From Candidatus Margulisiibacteriota bacterium (GTDB lineage: Bacteria; Margulisbacteria; WOR-1; O2-12-FULL-45-9; XYB2-FULL-48-7), in assembly GCA_041649975.1 (NCBI GenBank), contig JBAZMB010000002.1:1-39101 (forward strand): a stretch of 39,101 bases of DNA, given 5' to 3'. The position numbers and the translations under genes were made by a program. Positions within the stretch are counted from its first letter, which is position 1; each line of letters starts with the position of its first letter. A model generated the notes under the pieces. It worked only from the letters and a program-made list of their open reading frames with translations. It made no database searches and was not told the origin of the DNA. Shown one piece after another: positions 17,276-29,619 of the stretch.

Positions 17276-18001
17276 ATGAAGCATAATTTAATGCGACTCT
17301 CTCTGCTCTTGCTGGTCCTTTGCTCGGCGAACGCGGCGTTCGCCTTCCCGAACGTCTTCCCAACCTCAACTTTTAACGGGCCTTCAGGTCTCGTCCGGAT
17401 CCCGGCGGCCGATGTCGTTCCTTATAAGAACTACAACCTGGGGATGAGCTATGGATCGACTACCACCTCTCTCTCTTCCGGCACCGCCGACTCCGTTCTT
17501 TACTATTATATGAATATGGGTTCGTTCCACGGGTTGGAGCTGGGGATCGTCGGCGGGAACGACCGGGTGACCAATAAGCCGCGCGAAGGGGTTTTCGTTA
17601 ACATGAAGCTCTCCCTGTCGGCGGACGAAGATTCGTACCCGCTTAAAGTCGCCCTTGGGGTGGAAAATCTTTTCTCTTATACCCAGACCGACGTCTATAT
17701 GGTCGCGACCAAATACTTCAAACAAGGGCCGAAGATGACTTTTGGTTTTATGGCCGATTTCCCTAATTACAAATTCCGGCCTTACGGTGTCTTAGGAGGA
17801 GAATTCCCGACAGCCGACACTTTTATTCTAGTCAGCGATTTCATGCTCGGGGAAAATCTTTCTCAGCTTAACGCCGGGATGCGGATTTATTTTACCCCGA
17901 TCTTTTGCTTGAACATCAACGGGCTTAACGTCCTCGACTCAACCACCGCGAAAGACCAGCGCTCAGTCCTGATCGGTTTTAGCTGGGCGAACCCGATCTA
18001 A
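17276..18001 (+). CDS. Secreted protein, putative outer-membrane beta-barrel (YjbH-like N-terminal motif)
   Basis: Signal peptide LLLLVLCSANAAFA. GPSGLVRIPAADVVPYKNYNLGMSY resembles the YjbH-family N-terminus. Alternating beta-strand pattern. AAGGAGAA SD. Confidence 0.7.
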   Translation: MKHNLMRLSLLLLVLCSANAAFAFPNVFPTSTFNGPSGLVRIPAADVVPYKNYNLGMSYGSTTTSLSSGTADSVLYYYMNMGSFHGLELGIVGGNDRVTNKPREGVFVNMKLSLSADEDSYPLKVALGVENLFSYTQTDVYMVATKYFKQGPKMTFGFMADFPNYKFRPYGVLGGEFPTADTFILVSDFMLGENLSQLNAGMRIYFTPIFCLNINGLNVLDSTTAKDQRSVLIGFSWANPI

Positions 18002-19062
18002 TGGGGTTGATCCGCAAAGCGGTTAGCCAGCTAAAAGATTATGTGCCGGGGAAAACCCCGAGCGATCCGAAGGCGATCAAGCTCGCTTCGAACGAAAATC
18101 CTTTCGGGCCTTCGCCGAAAGCGATTGACGCGTTAAAGAAGGCGGCCGATCGCTCCCAGGTTTATCCTGATCAACAAGCGCGATCCTTGCGGGAAGAGCT
18201 GGCAAAAGCTTTTGGCCTGACCGCCGATTCGATCGTTATCGGTAACGGCTCCGACGAGATCATGCTCATGATCACCACCGCCTTTCTTTCCGCCGACGAG
18301 GAAGCCGTTATCTGCCAAAATAGTTTCAGCCTCTATGAATTCGTCACCCGTCTCCTCGATGGCCGGCCAGTTTTTGTCCCACTGAAAAACAACCGGCAAG
18401 ACCTTGCGGCGGTCGCGGCGGCAATTACCGCGAAAACAAAGTTGATCTTTTTAACCAACCCGCACAATCCGACCGGAACCTATCTCCCGGTAACTGAATT
18501 GGCCGCGTTCCTTTCAAAAGTGCCGAAGGAAATAATTGTTGTGATCGATGAAGCCTATGCCGAATTTGCGTCGTCCGCTGATTTCCCTAAATCCGTAGAA
18601 CTACTCAAACTGTTCGCCAATGTTATTGTCCTTCGGACCTTCTCCAAGTATTACGGGCTGGCCGGCTTGCGGGTCGGCTATGCCTTGGCCCGGCCGGAGA
18701 TAATCGCTCCGCTCTTAAAAACTAAACTTCCTTTTAACGTCAATCGTCCGGCTCAAGCGGCAGCCGAGGCCGCGTTGGGTGACAAGCGTTTTCTAGAAAA
18801 AACCCTGAAGAACAATGGAGAAGGGAAAAACCAACTTTATTCTGCCTTCGATTCGCTTGGCTTAGAATACATTAAGACCGAGGCTAATTTCATTTTTGTT
18901 AATATCAAAAAACCAGCAACCGCTTTTTGCCAAGAAATGATGTCGCGTGGGGTAAGCATTCGACCGCTAACTTCTTTTGGCTTTCCGGAAGCGATCCGGG
19001 TTTCGATCGGGACAAAGGATCAGAACAATCGTTTTATTGCCTTGTTAAAAGCGCTGCTTTAA
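18001..19062 (+). CDS. hisC: Histidinol-phosphate aminotransferase (class II PLP aminotransferase)
   Basis: LASNENPFGPSP, NPHNPTG, and RTFSKYYGLAGLRVGY (PLP lysine). 353 aa. Confidence 0.88.
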   Translation: MGLIRKAVSQLKDYVPGKTPSDPKAIKLASNENPFGPSPKAIDALKKAADRSQVYPDQQARSLREELAKAFGLTADSIVIGNGSDEIMLMITTAFLSADEEAVICQNSFSLYEFVTRLLDGRPVFVPLKNNRQDLAAVAAAITAKTKLIFLTNPHNPTGTYLPVTELAAFLSKVPKEIIVVIDEAYAEFASSADFPKSVELLKLFANVIVLRTFSKYYGLAGLRVGYALARPEIIAPLLKTKLPFNVNRPAQAAAEAALGDKRFLEKTLKNNGEGKNQLYSAFDSLGLEYIKTEANFIFVNIKKPATAFCQEMMSRGVSIRPLTSFGFPEAIRVSIGTKDQNNRFIALLKALL

Positions 19063-20216
19063 GCCGCTTCCAGCTGCCGCAAAATGTGGTTAGTCCGACT
19101 GAGGTCGATCCGCTTGATCGTTGGCGGGGGATTGAACCCGCCGATAACTAGGTCGATCTTTTCTTTCGCCTGGTAGCCGTCATAATAGCCGGCTAGAAAT
19201 CCTCTTAGCAGAGAAACGAAGCCGTCTCTGCCTAAAACTCCAGCCATTGATTTCTCCAAACGATGCGTCCCGCCAAAGAAGCGTTGAATATCGCAAAGCC
19301 GCGAATAATATCCAACGGAGATTTTTCCTGATTCAAAAGAACTTCGCTCTTTGGGCGTGAGTGCCGTTGGTTCGGCCGCCAGGCGTTGCCAGAAAAGCCG
19401 TTCCGCTTCTTCAAATGTTCGCATTCCTTCCGGATCGATCAAGTTCCCGTGGATCTCAACGTTGGCCGAATGCAAGGAAGAGTACCAGATCGGCTTTCTG
19501 ACCACCTCTTTGCCGATCGCTCCTTCCCGCCAGGGATTATGCAGCGTGTAGCCGGCGTTATGAAGTTTGCGCAGTTGCCGCCCCAGCCGTTCGCCGCTTT
19601 CATGCAGGAATTGTTCAATTGTTTTCCCTTCCAGTTCCGCCAGTGTGCCGGTCACGCTGGGACGGGAATCAAGCCGTAGCCATGGATAATACCGAAACCC
19701 ATCTTTGCCGGAGCGGTATAGCTGGGCGTACCCATCGAATGAGGGAGAGATCGCCCCTAGATCGACTACGCCTGTTTCTAATTCACCGATGACATTAAGT
19801 CCCTTCGCTTCGTTTCTGGCCGCCGTCAAAGAAAGCAGCCCCTCCGGATCGCCGGAATTTGGGTTCCTTTTCTCCGGGTTAAATTGAAGCGGGGTTTTCC
19901 CCTTGAACTCCGAGACTTTCCCGTTTTTTTCAACGATATACATTGCTCGCTTGCTGTGGCTTTGAATCGCAAAAACGGCGGAATATTGATGGAGTTCCGC
20001 GGCTGGAAGTTTATAGGCGGTTTTTTCGTCGGTAAAAAGAGTTTTTGTCGCGGGGTTATACATCCCTAATGAATAGCCGGCATTATCGCCGAGGATCGCT
20101 TGTTGATAGGTCAGCGCTTTTTCCAGCAGCGCCGCCCCCGCCTTAGGGAAAAGCGTTTTTAACGCCCGACGTCGGACCGATCTTTCAATATTGGCTCTAA
20201 GTGTTTCGATGGCCAT
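19059..20216 (-). CDS. Hypothetical protein, possibly a protein-kinase-like fold with a degenerate catalytic loop
   Basis: 1158-nt ORF. The segment LGRQLRKLHNAGYTLHN...SSLHSANVEIHGNLIDPEG loosely resembles the Kdo/WaaP-type kinase pattern lH.aG..H.D....N...liD, but the catalytic Asp is replaced. Confidence 0.7.
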   Translation of the reverse strand: MAIETLRANIERSVRRRALKTLFPKAGAALLEKALTYQQAILGDNAGYSLGMYNPATKTLFTDEKTAYKLPAAELHQYSAVFAIQSHSKRAMYIVEKNGKVSEFKGKTPLQFNPEKRNPNSGDPEGLLSLTAARNEAKGLNVIGELETGVVDLGAISPSFDGYAQLYRSGKDGFRYYPWLRLDSRPSVTGTLAELEGKTIEQFLHESGERLGRQLRKLHNAGYTLHNPWREGAIGKEVVRKPIWYSSLHSANVEIHGNLIDPEGMRTFEEAERLFWQRLAAEPTALTPKERSSFESGKISVGYYSRLCDIQRFFGGTHRLEKSMAGVLGRDGFVSLLRGFLAGYYDGYQAKEKIDLVIGGFNPPPTIKRIDLSRTNHILRQLEAA

Positions 20217-20239
20217 CTCGTATATATATCGTCATTTTC

Positions 20240-20268
20240 TTAACAGAATTTCAGAAAAGGTATATAAT
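20240..20268 (+). promoter_or_regulatory. Sigma70-type promoter of the gcv operon (-35 TTAACA, 17-nt spacer, -10 TATAAT)
   Basis: TTAACA at 20240-20245 and TATAAT at 20263-20268. The gcvT ATG (20275) is 6 nt downstream, with no SD. Confidence 0.55.
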
Positions 20269-20274
20269 AAGATC

Positions 20275-21312
20275 ATGCTAAAAAGAACGGTTTTATTTAA
20301 AGAACACCTAGCCTTAGGGGCCAAAATGGTCCCGTTCGGCGGCTGGGAAATGCCGGTTTCCTATAAAGGGATCATTGAAGAACACCGGACGGTCCGGGAA
20401 CAAGCCGGGCTTTTCGATATTGGGCATATGGGGCTTTTGCGGATCGAAGGCCCTGACGCCCTCCCCTTTATCCAATCGGTCGCGACCAATGACGCGTCCC
20501 GTCTCGCCGTCGGGCAAGGCCAGTATGCCGTCCTCTGCAATGATCGGGGTGGCGCGGTCGATGATATTCTGGTGTATCGTTTTGCCGACCATTACATGAT
20601 CATCTGCAACGCTAGTAATACCGATAAGGTTATTGCCTGGTTGAATAGCCATCGGACCAATAATGTGACCATCAGCCAGATGAGCGATCAGGCGATGCTC
20701 TCGGTCCAAGGCCCGGCCGCTATCGGGTTAGTTGAAAAGATCCTCCAAACATCCTTGGCCGGTCTCAAGCGGAATCACACCATAGCCGTTGGCCGGATCC
20801 TTGTTTCCAGGACCGGCTATACCGGCGAAGATGGGGCCGAGCTCATCCTGCCGAAAACCCTCTGTGCCGACTACTGGCGCAAACTCCTGGAACTCGGGAT
20901 CCAGCCTTGCGGGCTCGGGGCGCGCGACACTCTGCGGCTGGAAGCCGGCCTCCCGCTTTACGGCCATGAGTATGACGACTCAACTACTCCTATTGAAGCT
21001 GGCTATGCTTGGGCCGTTAAATTCGAGAAGGGCCCCTTTATTGGACGGGAGGCGTTGCTTTTGCCGCCGCAAAAGCAGCTTGTCGGCCTAGAACTATTAG
21101 GGCGTGCGATCCCCCGCCAAGGGAATGCCGTCGTCAACGAAAACAATCTCCCGCTTGGAGTCGTTACCAGCGGGACTTTTTCTCCAACCTTCAACCGTCC
21201 AATCGCCTTGGCTTATCTATCTAGCCTATCTGACAAGGCTTTCGTTGAAATTCGCGGCACAGCCCAGCCGGCAACAATTGTTGACAAAGCGTTTTATAAA
21301 AGAGTAAAATAA
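20275..21312 (+). CDS. gcvT: Aminomethyltransferase (glycine cleavage T protein)
   Basis: MLKRTVLFKEHLALGAKMVPFGGWEMPVSY..., GLFDIGHMG, SRTGYTGEDGAE. I chose the ATG at 20275. The ORF-track start at 20191 overlaps the divergent gene and the promoter. Confidence 0.93.
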   Translation: MLKRTVLFKEHLALGAKMVPFGGWEMPVSYKGIIEEHRTVREQAGLFDIGHMGLLRIEGPDALPFIQSVATNDASRLAVGQGQYAVLCNDRGGAVDDILVYRFADHYMIICNASNTDKVIAWLNSHRTNNVTISQMSDQAMLSVQGPAAIGLVEKILQTSLAGLKRNHTIAVGRILVSRTGYTGEDGAELILPKTLCADYWRKLLELGIQPCGLGARDTLRLEAGLPLYGHEYDDSTTPIEAGYAWAVKFEKGPFIGREALLLPPQKQLVGLELLGRAIPRQGNAVVNENNLPLGVVTSGTFSPTFNRPIALAYLSSLSDKAFVEIRGTAQPATIVDKAFYKRVK

Positions 21313-21316
21313 GTTC

Positions 21317-21598
21317 ATGGAAAAAAAGCTCTACTATTACCTGATCTCGCTGACCGCCCTTTTCTTTCTTCTCTGGGGCGTCGTCGATCTGGCCAATACG
21401 GTCGTCAGCTCGTTCGGCCGGGCCCCGCTGCCAGCCGATCAGGCCGCTTCTGAAGGGGTCAATGAACAAAATCTCGACCTTTATTATCAAAAGAAAATGC
21501 TGGTTGACCGTTATTCCGACAGCCTGATCCGGATCGTCGTCAGCGGGTTGGCTTTTTATTTCGCCAAAAAAACTATTAAAGATATGGAGAACGCATGA
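21317..21598 (+). CDS. Small membrane protein (two predicted TM helices), unknown function
   Basis: 93-aa ORF inserted between gcvT and gcvH. ATGA overlap with gcvH. Hydrophobic segments LISLTALFFLLWGVV and IRIVVSGLAFYFA. Confidence 0.6.
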   Translation: MEKKLYYYLISLTALFFLLWGVVDLANTVVSSFGRAPLPADQAASEGVNEQNLDLYYQKKMLVDRYSDSLIRIVVSGLAFYFAKKTIKDMENA

Positions 21599-21972
21599 AC
21601 TACCCTGAAAGCCTGAAATACACCAAAGACCACGAATGGGCCAATTTAGAGGGCGGCTTGGTAACCGTTGGCATTACCGATTACGCGCAGGATTCATTGG
21701 GAGACGTGGTCTACGTTGAGCTCCCGGCTGTCGGGAAAGAATTAGCCGCCGGCAAAGAATTTGGCGTCGTCGAATCGGTCAAATCAGTTTCCAGCCTTTA
21801 TTCTCCGATCAACGGTACCGTTGTTGAGGCCAACAGTGCTTTGGAAGGGAATTCGGCCCTGGTTAATAAAGCCCCGTATACTGACGGTTGGATGATCAAG
21901 ATTAAACCGGCAAACCCGGCTGAATTGAACACCCTTCTGTCCGCCTCCGACTACCAAAAAACCTTATCGTGA
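21595..21972 (+). CDS. gcvH: Glycine cleavage system H protein
   Basis: YTKDHEWA, GITDYAQ, and VESVKSVSSLYSPI (lipoyl-lysine motif). 125 aa. Confidence 0.95.
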   Translation: MNYPESLKYTKDHEWANLEGGLVTVGITDYAQDSLGDVVYVELPAVGKELAAGKEFGVVESVKSVSSLYSPINGTVVEANSALEGNSALVNKAPYTDGWMIKIKPANPAELNTLLSASDYQKTLS

Positions 21973-23165
21973 GCGATCTTTTTGCCGACATCCCAGCCTC
22001 CGTCAGGCTCAGCGCTCCGTTAGCGCTCCCCGCCCCATTAAGCGAGCCTGAACTCTTAGCTGAATTAACCGAACAGGCCCAAGACCAGTCTCCCTCTTTT
22101 CTAGGCGGCGGGGTTTACAATCATTTTATTCCCAGCGCCGTCAAGCACTTGGTCGCGAGGCCGGAATTTTATACCGCGTATACGCCATATCAAGCGGAGG
22201 CCAGTCAGGGGACGCTTCAGGCGATCTATGAATATCAATCGATGGTTTGCGCCCTGACCGGGATGGATGTGGCCAACGCCTCAATGTACGATGGCGCGAC
22301 CGCCTTGGCCGAAGCCGCTTTTATGGCGGTCCGCCTGACCGGCCGCAAAGAAGTGGTCGTTTCCACCTCTGTCAGTCCCTATTACCGGGAGGTCCTGCGA
22401 ACTTATTGTCAGGCGGCCGACCTTCCGCTCCGGGAAATTGAGCACGATCAAAGCGGGCTAACCGTCCACGCGCTGGGCTTAAACGAGGCCAGCGCGTGTT
22501 TCATCCTGCAACAGCCGAACTTCTTTGGCAACCTCGAAAGCGTCGCCGGGCTCGCCGACAAGATCCATGCCGCCGGCGGGCTTTTTATTGTCTCCGTCGA
22601 TCCGATCTCGCTTGGGCTGTTAATCCCGCCGGGAGAATACGGCGCCGACATCGTCGTCGCCGAGGGACAGTCGCTTGGAAACGCCCAAAACTTCGGCGGC
22701 CCCGGCTTAGGGATCTTCGCGGTCAAGAAATCCTTTGTCCGCCAGATGCCGGGGAGAGTCGTTGGCGAAACCGTTGACCTTGATGGCAAGCGCGGCTTTG
22801 TGCTCACTCTCTCAACCAGAGAACAGCACATCCGTCGTGAACGGGCGACTTCCAACATTTGCAGTAACGAGGCGCTTTGCGCCCTGGCCGCGACAGTTTA
22901 CCTTTCGTTACTCGGCAAGACCGGATTAAAAAAGGTCGCGGAGCTCTCGCTCCAAAACAGCAATTACTTGAAGCGCTCTTTATCTCCAGATAAACTGGCC
23001 TTCCCGACAACCCGCTCCTTTAAAGAGTTTGTCGTTAAAACTGAAAAGCCGATCGGCCTCGATCTGGCCCCACTTTATCCAAAGCTTATTGGCTATCGGC
23101 TGATCTGCGTAACGGAACTAGCCAGCCACCGCCAATTAGACGAGTTGCTGGCCGAACTTTCCTAA
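21969..23165 (+). CDS. gcvPA: Glycine dehydrogenase (aminomethyl-transferring) subunit 1, GcvPA, N-terminally short
   Basis: SDLFADIP..., FLGGGVYNHFIPSAV, FYTAYTPYQAEASQGTLQAIYEYQ, and ATSNICSNEAL. GTG start overlaps the gcvH stop. 398 aa. Confidence 0.88.
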   Translation: MSDLFADIPASVRLSAPLALPAPLSEPELLAELTEQAQDQSPSFLGGGVYNHFIPSAVKHLVARPEFYTAYTPYQAEASQGTLQAIYEYQSMVCALTGMDVANASMYDGATALAEAAFMAVRLTGRKEVVVSTSVSPYYREVLRTYCQAADLPLREIEHDQSGLTVHALGLNEASACFILQQPNFFGNLESVAGLADKIHAAGGLFIVSVDPISLGLLIPPGEYGADIVVAEGQSLGNAQNFGGPGLGIFAVKKSFVRQMPGRVVGETVDLDGKRGFVLTLSTREQHIRRERATSNICSNEALCALAATVYLSLLGKTGLKKVAELSLQNSNYLKRSLSPDKLAFPTTRSFKEFVVKTEKPIGLDLAPLYPKLIGYRLICVTELASHRQLDELLAELS

Positions 23166-23178
23166 TCCGCCCCGGAAA

Positions 23179-23187
23179 TGGTATAAT
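23179..23187 (+). promoter_or_regulatory. Extended -10 promoter element TGGTATAAT
   Basis: TGnTATAAT at 23179-23187, 27 nt upstream of the ATG at 23215, with AGAGGTGA SD in between. Confidence 0.45.
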
Positions 23188-23214
23188 CGTCCAGATTTTA
23201 TTAGAGGTGATTTT

Positions 23215-23649
23215 ATGAATAAAAACTTGTTGCTTAACCTGTTAATTGCCGCTGTAGTCATTGCCGCGATCATCGTCGCCATCTTTGCCCTGGGAAATAT
23301 TGGTAAAAAAGAGCCCGAGATCCAGCTGGCAACCCCTGAAACAAAGGTCTCCTCTGTCGAAGGAGAAAAAGTCGGCAAGCTCCCAAAAGTTCTGACCTTG
23401 TATCAAAAAGGGGAAGGGGAATCGGACTTGGCCGCGTTTGTTTCCGGTGAGTTGGCCAAAGAAGCGAGAAACGTCGCTTCTTTCCGGGCGATCAACGTTA
23501 CCGAAGACCCTCAAGCCGCGGTATATTATGGGGTAACGGAACATCCGACAATCGTCATTTTGCGGCCCAATGGTTCGGTCTTCTTGAAGTATGAGGGCTA
23601 TCTCGATAAATCCAAATTAAAGAGTTTCGCCGTTAAAGCCGCCCAATAA
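23215..23649 (+). CDS. Membrane-anchored thioredoxin-fold protein lacking the CxxC active site
   Basis: N-terminal TM anchor LLLNLLIAAVVIAAIIVAIFAL. Thioredoxin-like order (VLTLYQKGEGESD...FRAINVTEDPQAAVYYGVTEHPTIVILRPNG) with no Cys at the active-site position. Confidence 0.7.
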   Translation: MNKNLLLNLLIAAVVIAAIIVAIFALGNIGKKEPEIQLATPETKVSSVEGEKVGKLPKVLTLYQKGEGESDLAAFVSGELAKEARNVASFRAINVTEDPQAAVYYGVTEHPTIVILRPNGSVFLKYEGYLDKSKLKSFAVKAAQ

Positions 23650-23652
23650 TTT

Positions 23653-23683
23653 AAGCCCTCCCTTTTTAAGGGGAGGGCTTTTT
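23653..23683 (+). terminator. Rho-independent terminator between convergent genes (trx-like gene and gyrA)
   Basis: A perfect 10-bp stem, AAGCCCTCCC (23653-23662) with GGGAGGGCTT (23671-23680), and an 8-nt loop, running into a T5 tract (23679-23683). It abuts the gyrA stop at 23684. Confidence 0.85.
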
Positions 23684-26244
23684 CTATTTACGCTTCTTCT
23701 TGATCGGGAGCTTTTCCCGTTCTTCCTTGATCTTCTGGCGGATCTCTTCTTTGCGCTTCTCTTCGTCTTCAACCGCCTTTTCGATCACTTCGCCGGCTTC
23801 TTCGTCACTAATGACCCGGGCCAGGTCAACTACATAATCGCCTTCATCGACCCGTTGGATCCGGACTCCCTTAGCATAGCGCCCTTGGGTCGAAATGCCG
23901 GAAGCTTTTTGGCGGCTCATTGTCCCTTTCGCGGTCACAAATAAAAGCTCGTCATTCGGTTGAAGGATCTTCATCTGGGAAACCTCGTCGCCATCACGCA
24001 GTTTTATCGCGATGTGCCCTTTCCCGCCCCTATTTTGAGCGGAAAATTCGTCGAGCTTCATCCGTTTCCCATAACCGGCTTTTGAGATCGCCAGCAGGTC
24101 TCCGCCATCGGTAATGATGTCCATTGAAACAACATAATCCTTCCCGTTTAGCCGGATGCCGCGCACGCCTGAAGCCGCCCGGCCCATTGGCCGCAGGTCT
24201 TTCTGGCTAAACCTGATCATAATGCCGGTCGCCGTTCCCAGGATAATTTCTTGTTTAACGTCCCCTTTCTTCACCCAACCGAGCTCGTCGTCCGGCCGCA
24301 GCTTGATGGCGATGATGCCGCTTCTTCTGACATTGGCAAAATCGGTCAGGCTGACCTTTTTGATCATTCCTTTTTTCGTCGACATGATCAAGAACGAAGC
24401 TTCTTCTTCAAATGATTCGACTTGAACGGTCGCGGTCACTTGCTCGCCTGAGCCGACCTGAAGAAGATTGGCGATCGCCTGCCCTTTACCGGCGCGGCTC
24501 GCCTCGGGGAGATCATAAACCTTCAGCTTAAAGACCCGTCCTTTGTTCGTAAAGAACAGGACAAAGGCGTGGGTTGAAGCGGTAAAGACGTTTTCGATCT
24601 CGTCCTCTTCCCGGGTGTTCATCCCCGAAACTCCTCGCCCGCCGCGTAATTGCGCCTTAAAGGCGGTAACCGGGACCCGTTTCACGTAGCCGTCCCTGGT
24701 CATCAGGACCACGACTTCCATTTCCGGGATCAATTGTTCGATATCAACGTCTTCAACCGCGCTGACGATCTCGGTCCGGCGTTTGTCGCCGTATTTTTCC
24801 TTGACCTGCAGCAGCTCCTTTTTAACCAGGCCGAGGAGCTTTTTACGGCTGGCCAGGATCTCTTTCAATTCGCCGATCAATTTTTTGAGCGCCTTTAGCT
24901 CTTCTTCGATCTTCAGTCTTTCCAGTTGGGTCAGGCGCTGCAGTTTCAGGTCAAGGATCGCCTGCGCCTGGATCTTCGACAGCTTGAACTTTTCCATTAG
25001 GGCATTGCGGGCGTCTTCCGGATTCTTGGCCTTTTTAATTATCGCGATTACCGCGTCGATATTGGAAACGGCGATCATCAATCCTTCTAAAATATGGGCT
25101 TGTTCTTCGGCCCGCCGCAGCTCGTATTTAGTCCGTTTTGTCACCACTTCTTCCCGATGGGTCAGGTAGTGCTGCATCATTTCTTTAAGGTTCAGGGTCT
25201 TCGGCTCGCCATGGACCAGGGCGACCAGGTTGATGCCAAAGGTCGTTTGCATATTGGTATGCTTAAATAGTTGGTTCAAGACAACGTCGCGGGAGGCGTC
25301 CCGTTTCAATTCAATATAAATGCGCATCCCGTCCCGGTCCGATTCGTCGCGCAGATCAGAAATACCGGATATCCGTTTTTCCTTAACGTGATCGGCGATC
25401 TGTTCGATCAGTTCCGCTTTGTTGACCTGATAAGGGATCTCGGTCACGATGATCGCTTCTTTGCCGGCCTTCACCCGTTCGATGTCGAACTTCGCGCGAA
25501 GGGTCAGGTGCCCTCTGCCGGTTGAAAAGCCGTCTTTGATCCCCTGTTTGCCGCAGATCTGCCCGCCGGTCGGAAAATCCGGACCCTTTACGATCTTCAT
25601 CAACTCTTCGATCGGCGTTTCCGGTTCTTCGATCAAGACCGACATGCCGTCAACGACTTCAGACAGGTTGTGCGGCGGAATATTCGTCGCCATGCCAACC
25701 GCGATACCGGACGAGCCGTTGATCAAAAGATTCGGGATCCTCGATGGCAAAACCAATGGCTCCTGGAGCGATTCGTCAAAGTTCGGGCCAAAGTCGACCG
25801 TCTCTTTGTCGATATCGGCCAGCATTTCGACCGCGATGTGGCTGAGCCTGGCTTCGGTATAACGCATCGCCGCCGCTGAATCGCCGTCAACGCTGCCGAA
25901 GTTCCCCTGGCCATCAACCAATGGGTAGCGAAGCGAGAATTCCTGGGCCATGCGGACCATCGATTCGTAAACCGCGCTGTCGCCGTGCGGATGATATTTA
26001 CCTAAAACTTCACCGACCACCCTGGCCGATTTCTTATGGGGTTTTCCCGGCTGCAGGCCCAGTTCGTCCATGGCAAACAAGATCCGTCGATGGACCGGCT
26101 TTAGGCCGTCCCTGACGTCCGGTAACGCGCGGCCAACGATGACCGACATCGCGTAATCTATGTAGGAACTCTTCATTTCATGTTCGATCGTCGTCTGCAA
26201 GATCTTCGGGGTAAATAACTTTTCTTGTTCTTCTTTTTTTGCCA

Positions 26245-26245
<1 letters not shown>
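23684..26245 (-). CDS. gyrA: DNA gyrase subunit A
   Basis: [22 protein letters not shown], and [10 protein letters not shown] (catalytic Tyr), with C-terminal beta-pinwheel repeats. 853 aa with a Lys/Glu-rich tail. Confidence 0.98.
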
Positions 26246-28482
<2,237 letters not shown>

Positions 28483-28483
<1 letters not shown>

Positions 28484-29619
28484 TACGCCGCCTCTTGGGT
28501 CCTGATCGGCATTACAATATACAGATAATCAGTCTGGTCGGCCGGCTTAATGACCCCCGGACTTAATCCTTCGGAAAATTCCACGATCACGTTGTCGGCT
28601 GTTAATGCTTCCAAAACATCTGATATCAATCTAACATTAAATGAAACCCTGACTTTTTCCGTTCCATCTATCTCAGCCGCCAAACCTTCATCAAAACTCC
28701 CGACATCGGGCGTGTGGGCCGAAAGATGGAGCTTTCCGTTCTTAACTTCGAACATCGTCACATTGGCCGAACCGGATGCGATGACCGCCGCTCTTTCCGC
28801 CGCGCTTAATAGTTCTTTACGGCTAACTTTGACCAAGGTCGTGCTTTTTTTCGGCACAACCTGTTTATAATCCGGAAATTTCCCCTGAATAACCCTGGAA
28901 ACCAAATAAACTTCGCCGCAATTAAAGCTCACTTGGTCGTTAGAAACCGTTATTTTAACATTGTCACAGTTCTTGCCGTCAAGAATTTTCAATAATTCGC
29001 TCATCGCCCGCGCAGGAACGATTATACTGATCCCCTCAGCCGCGCCAGCGACTTTTTCGCCCCTTTTCGCCAAACGATAGCCATCGGTAGCAACCAGCCT
29101 CATATTGGATGTATCGCCGCTTATACCGCTTTTCCCGAATTCGATCAGGATCCCGGTCAAAACATACTTATCTTCGCTGTTGGAAACGGAAAAGATCGTG
29201 TGTTTGATCATTGAAGCAAAGCTTCTGGCATCAACCGTTATAGTTTTTCCTTCTTTGATCTTCGGCAACGCTGGAAATTCATCGGCCGGCAACGAATGAA
29301 GGTTAAAGTGAGAGTTTTCGTAGCTGATTTTGACTGTTTTATTCTCCGCGACTTTGAAATTAACACTTGTATCAGGTAATTTTGAAACGATCCCGCTCAA
29401 AGTCTTAGCGGGCAAAAGGAAGGAACCCTCTTTGGCAACATTTGCTTTAACATTAAGCTCAATTCCCATTTCCAAATTGTTGGCCGAAAGTTTTAAGCCG
29501 CTTTTTGATAATTCGAACAGGATGTTCCCGATAATTGGGAGCGTGCTCCTGGTCGCAACGATCTTTTCAACGGTCGAAACCCCGCTTTGCAGATCTTTCT
29601 TTTCGCAGGTAAATTCCAT
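28483..29619 (-). CDS. dnaN: DNA polymerase III beta sliding clamp
   Basis: 378 aa with a three-domain clamp pattern (LPIIGNILFE..., ATDGYRLA..., YLYIVMPIR). Located immediately downstream of dnaA. Confidence 0.96.

Noticed and set aside
24679-24687. parS half-site GTTTCACGT inside gyrA, and a CACGTG core inside lpxD (15946-15951).
   Set aside because: Only half of the palindrome or the hexamer core is present, and the flanks do not match parS. This is expected by chance in coding sequence.
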